DNA of 58,427 nucleotides from an uncultured Alphaproteobacteria bacterium (lineage in GTDB: Bacteria > Pseudomonadota > Alphaproteobacteria > CAAHEQ01 > UBA3637): NCBI GenBank assembly GCA_944392585.1, contig CALXXA010000002.1:1-58427 (forward strand). The letters run 5' to 3'. The notes beneath the pieces are model-generated. The model searched no databases, was not told where the DNA came from, and saw nothing but the letters and a program-made list of their open reading frames with translations. The position numbers were made by a program, and so were the translations under genes. Positions 40,592 through 47,001 of the stretch are shown piece by piece; the first letter of the stretch is position 1; every line of letters begins with the position of its first letter.

Positions 40592-41563
40592 ATGGAAGAA
40601 ATTATTTTCCCTAATCAAATTCGTATGATTCGCCGAACACGCGGTAAAACGATGAAAGAAATTGCCAGCATTTTGAATGTTAGTTTATCTGCCATCAGCA
40701 AAATAGAAAAAGGATATCGACGTATTGATGATAAACAATTGACACAAATAGCTCAATTTCTAGCATGTCCCAAAGAAAGTATTTTTGTTGTGGAACAAAC
40801 CTCTCAACCGGAAGTCTTACAGGCTTGGCAAAGGGAACAAAACCGGCGGAAACAAATTAATGAAAAAAGTGGTTTAAAGACATTAGGTGCCGGATTAAGG
40901 TACATTCGCGGAGAAAAGATGCTTACATTATATGATGTTTCTAAGAAAGCTGGAATGACTCTTTCCGTATATCATAGAATAGAGATCGGACAACGTGAGG
41001 TTACAGAGGAACAATTAAATAATATTGCTCATGCTTTAGGTTATACTCTAGAAACACTCCAGATAAGAATTTATGAGTTGGACATGGCCGGCTCTTTACA
41101 GGAATTTAAAAAAATAGGGAAATCCGGAATTTTCCACCCTAAAGGAGGATATAATGATCTACCCGTTACTTCTCTCGCTATGCATTTCTATCAACGAATC
41201 CCCGTTATAGGAATATGTGAAACAAACGGAACTGTTATCATTCCAGATCAAACATCTCTCCCACAAATAGAACCTAGTTTCATAAATAAAGAATCTCTTT
41301 ATGGTATTCAAATTAATTCAACCTGTCTTGGCTTCTCATTCCCACAACATCGAACCACTCTTATTGCCGATAAAAGCCAACGCCCATCAGATGGAGATAT
41401 AGCTCTATTTCATAAGGGAACACAATCTATTGCGGTTGGAATATGTAAAAAAGAAAATAATTCAGACATCTTTTTTATTCAGAAGAATCCAGATCGCAAA
41501 ATAAAATTATCCAGATCGGAATTGGAAAAATTAGATAAAGTAACTTATATTCAAATTACGTAG
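40592..41563 (+). CDS. XRE-family regulator with two HTH domains and a C-terminal S24/LexA-like domain lacking an obvious catalytic Ser
   Basis: 323 aa. HTH 1 is IRMIRRTRGKTMKEIASILNVSLSAISKIEKGYR. HTH 2 is LRYIRGEKMLTLYDVSKKAGMTLSVYHRIEIGQR. The C-terminal roughly 130 aa begin IPVIGICETNG and end with a beta-rich region like CI/LexA C-domains, but I see no GDSM-type Ser motif. AAGGAGG RBS. Confidence 0.75.
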   Translation: MEEIIFPNQIRMIRRTRGKTMKEIASILNVSLSAISKIEKGYRRIDDKQLTQIAQFLACPKESIFVVEQTSQPEVLQAWQREQNRRKQINEKSGLKTLGAGLRYIRGEKMLTLYDVSKKAGMTLSVYHRIEIGQREVTEEQLNNIAHALGYTLETLQIRIYELDMAGSLQEFKKIGKSGIFHPKGGYNDLPVTSLAMHFYQRIPVIGICETNGTVIIPDQTSLPQIEPSFINKESLYGIQINSTCLGFSFPQHRTTLIADKSQRPSDGDIALFHKGTQSIAVGICKKENNSDIFFIQKNPDRKIKLSRSELEKLDKVTYIQIT

Positions 41564-41586
41564 CTATAATGGACAAAGGGTAAATA

Positions 41587-42384
41587 ATGGCTGATATTAA
41601 AACATGGAAAAAAGATTTCCTCGCTGAGCGTAAGAAAAAAGAAGAAGCTCCTTCTTCCATTGCTCAACGTTTTATCAATATCTACCGCCAGCTCCCAATC
41701 CTAGGAGAAGAAGCTGTTAAAAAATATAATGACTTATTAATATCACAAACAACCGCAGAAGTTTTAATCGCTCTAACAAACTTACCAGGCGGGGAAGAAA
41801 TCAGAGAGTATATCAATTTTTTAAAACATAAGAATTTAGAAGAAAGAGAAGAACTGGAATCGAGTCAAAAAGCAAACTTATCTCTCCCCAAAGCAGAAGA
41901 ATTATCTCCTTTGTGGGAAACATTGGGAATAAATTCCGTTTCTCATGTAAATGCACAAACGGCCGTCAATGATGTTGTTCAAACTGTTATTTCGATAGGG
42001 AAAAAAGATATTGAAAACCTAAAAAAACAAATTCTTCCTTTTATTCATCGACAAAATGAAGACGTTTCCAACATCTTAAAGTATATCATCGTTGATTCTG
42101 ATATAGAAAAAATGCAACAGACTCTAACCCAGGCTATAAAGAAAATATCTTCCCTTCAAGAAAATAATGAACGCATTTTGAATTCTTTATTTGAACAAGC
42201 GGAAGTTAATCGTCTTTTTTCTCAAGAAGATATAATTTCCTCAAAGGAGAAACAAGAAAATAATATAAATACGCCTAAAAAATCTTCTCCGTCAAAAGCT
42301 GTTTTTACAGCGACAACAAAAAATAAACGGCTTCATCCATTACCAAAATATTCCGTTGATTTAATAGAGGAGGAAGACAGCTGA
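41587..42384 (+). CDS. hypothetical coiled-coil protein
   Basis: 265 aa, Glu/Lys-rich helical, starting 23 nt after the regulator gene. No family recognised. Confidence 0.5.
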   Translation: MADIKTWKKDFLAERKKKEEAPSSIAQRFINIYRQLPILGEEAVKKYNDLLISQTTAEVLIALTNLPGGEEIREYINFLKHKNLEEREELESSQKANLSLPKAEELSPLWETLGINSVSHVNAQTAVNDVVQTVISIGKKDIENLKKQILPFIHRQNEDVSNILKYIIVDSDIEKMQQTLTQAIKKISSLQENNERILNSLFEQAEVNRLFSQEDIISSKEKQENNINTPKKSSPSKAVFTATTKNKRLHPLPKYSVDLIEEEDS

Positions 42385-42445
42385 TTTTAAGCAATCATTA
42401 ACCTTCTTATTTTATATATAAATATAGTTTTTATGTGAGGAAAAA

Positions 42446-43951
42446 ATGCCAACCCAGGAACAACTAAAACCACTAATAGAAGCTTTAACAGCATACAAAC
42501 AAGATCAACAAACGTTACAACCTGTCGTAGATACGGCTTTGACTATTTATGGGCAAGATTGGACAACTGCTTTAGCAAACGATCTAGAAAATTTACAAAA
42601 CGTTGACACGACAACCTTAACATTTTTAAAAGAAAAAGCAAATCATGCTATTTATTACTATGGAGCCCTGACTGCTTGGGAAGAGGCTCATCATTACTTA
42701 AATTCAACAAATCCTATTGATCCAAACTTATTAAAAGAACGCTTGCCTATTTTAGAATATTGGTTATCTTTATTCGGAGATGAAGGAAACAAGGTAAATG
42801 GAAAATTAAAGCAACTTTTTGTTAATATTTCTCCTGTACAACCGGGGGAAACTTCTTCACTGTCTTCCGAAACATTGAAGGGGGATTCGGATATCTCTGC
42901 AGACAATCAAGAGACTTCCTCTATTCAACAACTACATAATGACCGATCCGAAGTAGAACCGGTTGCGGAAATGACATCTTCTTTTGAAACCTCTGACAGT
43001 TCTTCCCCCGCCGTGAAATTAGAGGAGAAAGAATCCTTACCCCAAAGCTCCCTTTCGGAGGAGTCCGCTCCTTTTTATCCAGCAAATATTTCCGAAGATA
43101 CTCGTTTAAGTGAAGAAGATATACTAGAAGCAACCGCTTATTCTTCACAACCTGAATTGGGAAATATAGAAAATCAAGAAGAAAATACAAGTTTTCCAGT
43201 CCAAGAAGAACCGGATTCGGAATATCCGCTAGAAGAACAAAATACTTCTTTTAACGAAACAGAACCTTTAGAAGATGAGTTGATAGAAACGTCTGAACAG
43301 CCGACAGTTTCTGTTCCAGAAATCGTTCAGGAAGATCTAAATGTGGTTCCATCGCAAGAGATATCCGAAAAAGGAGATTCTTCAAAGAATTGGGAAATAA
43401 ATAATTATTTAAAAGAAAAAGAACTATATGAACAAGTTGTCGCATGGGTTACGGCGAAATGTATTCGCATGGGAAATATTGAATTAACAGCCTATCCACA
43501 TTATGGTTTTATTGTCGATTTAATGCAATCTTTAAAAGAGAATATCCAAAATTTATTAAGCAACCCACTACTTACCGAGATTATAGAAACACAGTTAAAA
43601 GAAGGTCGTAAAGGATTAGAAGGTTTTTTAAAAGTTCTTGAAACGGAATTAGCACACTTACCCGAGATAGAGAGTCAACCTTCGGATGCGATTATAGAAG
43701 GAATAGATGCGCGCTCTATTCTAGGGCAAATAGACACCAGCAATAAAAAAGAATATTTAGGTCCGGCTCCAGATGGATTTGAGTTGATTGAGGATCCTTA
43801 TGAGAAAAAAGAAGATATCGCCAAAGAAGATCTCTTAAAAGCATATGAAAAAGCCGAAGAAGATACGGGAGATTCAATAAACCATTTAAATATTCTGGAA
43901 GAAGAAACTTCACAATCTCAAGAAACCCAAACAACACCACGGAAAGGATAA
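42446..43951 (+). CDS. hypothetical highly acidic protein
   Basis: 501 aa. The central roughly 200 aa are extremely Glu/Ser/Pro-rich and look disordered, flanked by helical N- and C-terminal domains. No signal peptide seen. Confidence 0.5.
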   Translation: MPTQEQLKPLIEALTAYKQDQQTLQPVVDTALTIYGQDWTTALANDLENLQNVDTTTLTFLKEKANHAIYYYGALTAWEEAHHYLNSTNPIDPNLLKERLPILEYWLSLFGDEGNKVNGKLKQLFVNISPVQPGETSSLSSETLKGDSDISADNQETSSIQQLHNDRSEVEPVAEMTSSFETSDSSSPAVKLEEKESLPQSSLSEESAPFYPANISEDTRLSEEDILEATAYSSQPELGNIENQEENTSFPVQEEPDSEYPLEEQNTSFNETEPLEDELIETSEQPTVSVPEIVQEDLNVVPSQEISEKGDSSKNWEINNYLKEKELYEQVVAWVTAKCIRMGNIELTAYPHYGFIVDLMQSLKENIQNLLSNPLLTEIIETQLKEGRKGLEGFLKVLETELAHLPEIESQPSDAIIEGIDARSILGQIDTSNKKEYLGPAPDGFELIEDPYEKKEDIAKEDLLKAYEKAEEDTGDSINHLNILEEETSQSQETQTTPRKG

Positions 43952-43956
43952 ACAGA

Positions 43957-45450
43957 ATGCATATGAGATATATTTTAATGACTTGCATTTTAGCTTCTAC
44001 AAGTCTCGCTTTATTAGCGTGTCAACATCGAACAGCATCTTTACCTTATATGACAAAGGCTTCTTATATATCCTCTCCGGATTTTTCGAAGTCTGAAACA
44101 GGATTTTTATCGTCTCCGAGTTTAGAAAAACAAAACCCACTTCAAACTTCATCATCTTTTTATACTCCGCAAAGAAATTCTTCATACAAAGGAGTAAATA
44201 ATGCGGGAATAGTTCCTGTTATTAAGGGGAAAGAAGATTCGATCCATCCGCAAGGAGAGAATAATTATTATAGCTCACGACAGACTCGGTCGGCAGAGTT
44301 AACGCCTCAGGATATAAGAACGTCGCCACAAAAGCAGCTGCCTTGCACTCAATCGAAAGTTCCCCCTATGTTGCAAGGACAAACTTCAACGGACATGGTT
44401 AATATAGAAACGCCAATGCGCTGTCGTGTTCCGGAGCCGACATCTCGCATTATTTCAGATATTCCTTTAACACAGGGAGATTTTGAACTGACTCGAGTAG
44501 AAGAAAATGATGCTCTGCCACGTTATGAAGTCAATGGATATACCTTTGATAATCAACCTTTAGATATGGCGATTCAAGTTCTTGTATCCGAAGCAGATAT
44601 AAATGTCTATTCAGATGATGGCTTATTTCCCGATATGTCGGCACAAGATATCAGAGGAGAATTATCAGCTGTTATAGAAGAACTGACAGATTCGGCAGAT
44701 GCCTATGCTCATTATGACGCGAGTAAAAAAAGGTTGTATTTGTCTCACTGGGCTCGGTTTAGATTAAAAGTCCCCGGAGGATATATAGGAATGTATGCAG
44801 TTTTAGACGCCTTAAGAGGAGCTAATATTACGAACGTACAACCTGATTGGGGACAAAATGAACTTTATTTCCGTGTGACGAAATCACAAGAAGCCATTAT
44901 TCGCCGTTTAATTTCTTATTTGAAAGAAGATCCTCGTCTTTTAATGCTTGACATAAACGTTTATAAAGTTTACCCCAAAGGGGGTGCAAATATCTCATGG
45001 AGAAACGTTATTCAAAGCTTCGGAGATTATAAAGTGAATATGTCCATAAACGGTCTGCAAGGACGAATGATTATAACCGATCATCAAGAAGAGCAAAATT
45101 CATTTTTAAATAATCTAAAAGCATACGCTCAAGTTGATTTAGTTTCAAAAGGCGTCGCTGTTATGCCTAACGGATGGAAAGTTCGTTTTGACATAGGTCA
45201 GTGTTCATTTACAAACACTCCAGAAAAAGATTTATCTCTGCTATTACAGAGCAAAATACAAAGCACAGACCGCATAGAATCGAACATTGCGTTAGATACA
45301 GTGAATGGAGAAGTAACATCTTTTTACTCATTTTACAGTATAGATGATGATTTAAATATTGTCGGTATCCCCGGCACAGTTTTCAATCAAAGCACCGTCA
45401 TAGAGTATTTCATTACGATGAAACCTCGGATTATGCGTCTTATAAAATAA
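43957..45450 (+). CDS. outer-membrane lipoprotein with secretin-like N0 and C-terminal domains (type IVb PilN/BfpB/TcpC-style)
   Basis: 497 aa. Lipobox SLALLAC and a disordered Ser/Pro/Gln linker. FDNQPLDMAIQVLVSEADINVYSDD...LSAVIEELTDSADAYAHYDASKKRLYL resembles a secretin N0/NolW-like domain. LMLDINVYKVYPKGGANISW ... FLNNLKAYAQVDLVSKGVAVMPNGWKVRFDIGQ ... NIVGIPGTVFNQSTVIEYFITMKPRIM follows the order of the secretin-domain consensus. Recognition is by eye only. Confidence 0.5.
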   Translation: MHMRYILMTCILASTSLALLACQHRTASLPYMTKASYISSPDFSKSETGFLSSPSLEKQNPLQTSSSFYTPQRNSSYKGVNNAGIVPVIKGKEDSIHPQGENNYYSSRQTRSAELTPQDIRTSPQKQLPCTQSKVPPMLQGQTSTDMVNIETPMRCRVPEPTSRIISDIPLTQGDFELTRVEENDALPRYEVNGYTFDNQPLDMAIQVLVSEADINVYSDDGLFPDMSAQDIRGELSAVIEELTDSADAYAHYDASKKRLYLSHWARFRLKVPGGYIGMYAVLDALRGANITNVQPDWGQNELYFRVTKSQEAIIRRLISYLKEDPRLLMLDINVYKVYPKGGANISWRNVIQSFGDYKVNMSINGLQGRMIITDHQEEQNSFLNNLKAYAQVDLVSKGVAVMPNGWKVRFDIGQCSFTNTPEKDLSLLLQSKIQSTDRIESNIALDTVNGEVTSFYSFYSIDDDLNIVGIPGTVFNQSTVIEYFITMKPRIMRLIK

Positions 45451-45466
45451 AATAAAAGGGAAAGAA

Positions 45467-46138
45467 ATGACTATAGAAAAGAAACCTATATTAAAAGCAC
45501 CGATGCCTCCTTCTGGAATAAAGTCTCCGGCGGAAGCGAAGATATCCGCCTATACTCCAAGCATGAAAACAAATTCATTACCGAATGAAGTTGCATCAGG
45601 GAATCCGGGACAAAATACATCTATGCCACAACCTTCGTATGGATTAAGGGGAGAAGATTCTTCTGGGAATAAGCCGGAGAATTTTTCAAAGAATCAATTG
45701 ACGGAGGAACAACCCTCTGTATCGCCCGGTTCTGGTCTATATGATAATAATTTTGCGGCTCAATTTAATTTACCGCCCTCTATATTGACGACCAAAGCGA
45801 TGAGTTTTATTCTTGCGGGAGTATTCTTTTTTGGGATTATATTTGGAGCGAATGTTTTCGGAACCAGTACAACGACACATGGTCTACAAGGAGTTATTTT
45901 GAATCCTGGAGTTCCAGAAGGAAGGAAGCGCTGTGGGATAGCCGAAAAGACAGAAGGATGTGTTTTATTTATGATGAATGCATCACAACGGGACAGAGAA
46001 GTTCGTTCATTTTATGAACAAGCAGCGGCGATAACGAATGTTCCGGCGTATACCATAGAAATGGGAAATATCACATATGCGTCAACAATTATTCGTCCTG
46101 GCTATTTTGCACAAATAAATATTCCTCCGATACGGTAA
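45467..46138 (+). CDS. bitopic membrane protein (disordered N-terminus, one TM helix, about 90-aa C-terminal domain)
   Basis: 223 aa. Single TM helix MSFILAGVFFFGIIFGANVF. It starts 16 nt after the secretin-like gene and is the last gene of that operon. Confidence 0.45.
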   Translation: MTIEKKPILKAPMPPSGIKSPAEAKISAYTPSMKTNSLPNEVASGNPGQNTSMPQPSYGLRGEDSSGNKPENFSKNQLTEEQPSVSPGSGLYDNNFAAQFNLPPSILTTKAMSFILAGVFFFGIIFGANVFGTSTTTHGLQGVILNPGVPEGRKRCGIAEKTEGCVLFMMNASQRDREVRSFYEQAAAITNVPAYTIEMGNITYASTIIRPGYFAQINIPPIR

Positions 46139-46160
46139 CGCATTATATTTTAAGATAAAA

Positions 46161-46196
46161 AAAAATATAATCTCTTTAAAAAGAGATTATATTTTT
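46161..46196. terminator. bidirectional terminator between convergent operons
   Basis: aaaaatataatctc (46161-46174) pairs with gagattatattttt (46183-46196) around an 8-nt loop. An A-run flanks one side and a T-run the other. Confidence 0.65.
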
Positions 46197-46227
46197 ATGG
46201 ATATAGGCTTCAAATTATTAACTTTTA

Positions 46228-46983
46228 TTACTCACTGGTAAATTTGCGACAAAATGCCTTACCTTCTGAAACAATCTTGAAACGCTGCGGATAACATACC
46301 TCGGCGGTTACACCATTACCGCCTGCCATTTCAAATAAGCGTAAACCTTCACACTTCAATAAAGATTCTTTTCTTTTTGACCAATCACACTCTTTTTTCG
46401 CAACATCCGTGTTCCCCAAATTCTTTTCACACGAAGAACTTTCCTGCCCATCGATCTTCTTCTTCTCATAGTAAGAAGGCCTCTCGGCCTCATGAGCACA
46501 CCTACAAAAAGGCAAGTTATATCTCGTTACATTTTGTCCACTTCCTTCACAATCCCAACCATCCTCATTATATCCTTTTATATTAAAACACGTCTCATTC
46601 TCCATAGAAAAATCCGGGGTAGCCGTAAATTTTATCTCTAAATAACCTGTTCCAAGCGGATCGGCCGTTACAATCCCTCCATTATTTATATCGTCAAAGG
46701 GGAACGCAAGCAAATTGTCCCTATTACCTTTCGCCCATTCTTCCACATCATGTTTATAAATCTTATGGATTAAATCTGGAGTTATCTCATCTGCCGTTAA
46801 CAATTTTGCACCAAAAGAATTACACCATGATGCTCTGTTTTTCGCATCTAAACTTATTGTGCTTACATAATAGATATAACCATCTATTTCTGCTGTTTTA
46901 TATGCAAGTACACCATTATTATCTGCAAGTACACCATTATTATAAGAAAAGAACAAAAGTATCAGTAAAAATATTTTTCGCAT
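46228..46983 (-). CDS. secreted Cys-containing protein with lectin-like W-C-x3-G motif
   Basis: 251 aa. Signal peptide MRKIFLLILLFFSY and 10 Cys. IDGYIYYVSTISLDAKNRASWCNSFGAKLLTADE resembles IGGYVEEGKYIRSDIMLNWWSAGAWCLANGKKWASIGD in the C-terminus of the 709-aa pilin-like protein. GGGAGG RBS lies 18 nt after the stop of the 955-aa gene, so the two are probably co-transcribed. Confidence 0.55.
   Translation of the reverse strand: MRKIFLLILLFFSYNNGVLADNNGVLAYKTAEIDGYIYYVSTISLDAKNRASWCNSFGAKLLTADEITPDLIHKIYKHDVEEWAKGNRDNLLAFPFDDINNGGIVTADPLGTGYLEIKFTATPDFSMENETCFNIKGYNEDGWDCEGSGQNVTRYNLPFCRCAHEAERPSYYEKKKIDGQESSSCEKNLGNTDVAKKECDWSKRKESLLKCEGLRLFEMAGGNGVTAEVCYPQRFKIVSEGKAFCRKFTSE
46903..46944 (-). 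repeat. 21-bp tandem duplication in the 5' coding region of the 251-aa gene
   Basis: (a/c)tgcaagtacaccattattat occurs twice in tandem (46903-46923 and 46924-46944). It encodes NNGVLAD-NNGVLAY directly after the signal-peptide hydrophobic core. Confidence 0.9.
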
Positions 46984-47001
46984 ATTTTGCCTCCCACGGC
47001 T

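Noticed and set aside
40592-46138. Filamentous (inovirus-like) prophage, suggested by an XRE repressor plus a secretin
   Set aside because: There is no Zot/pI-type ATPase, replication initiator, ssDNA-binding protein or small coat-protein gene, no integrase, and no att-like repeats in or around the interval.
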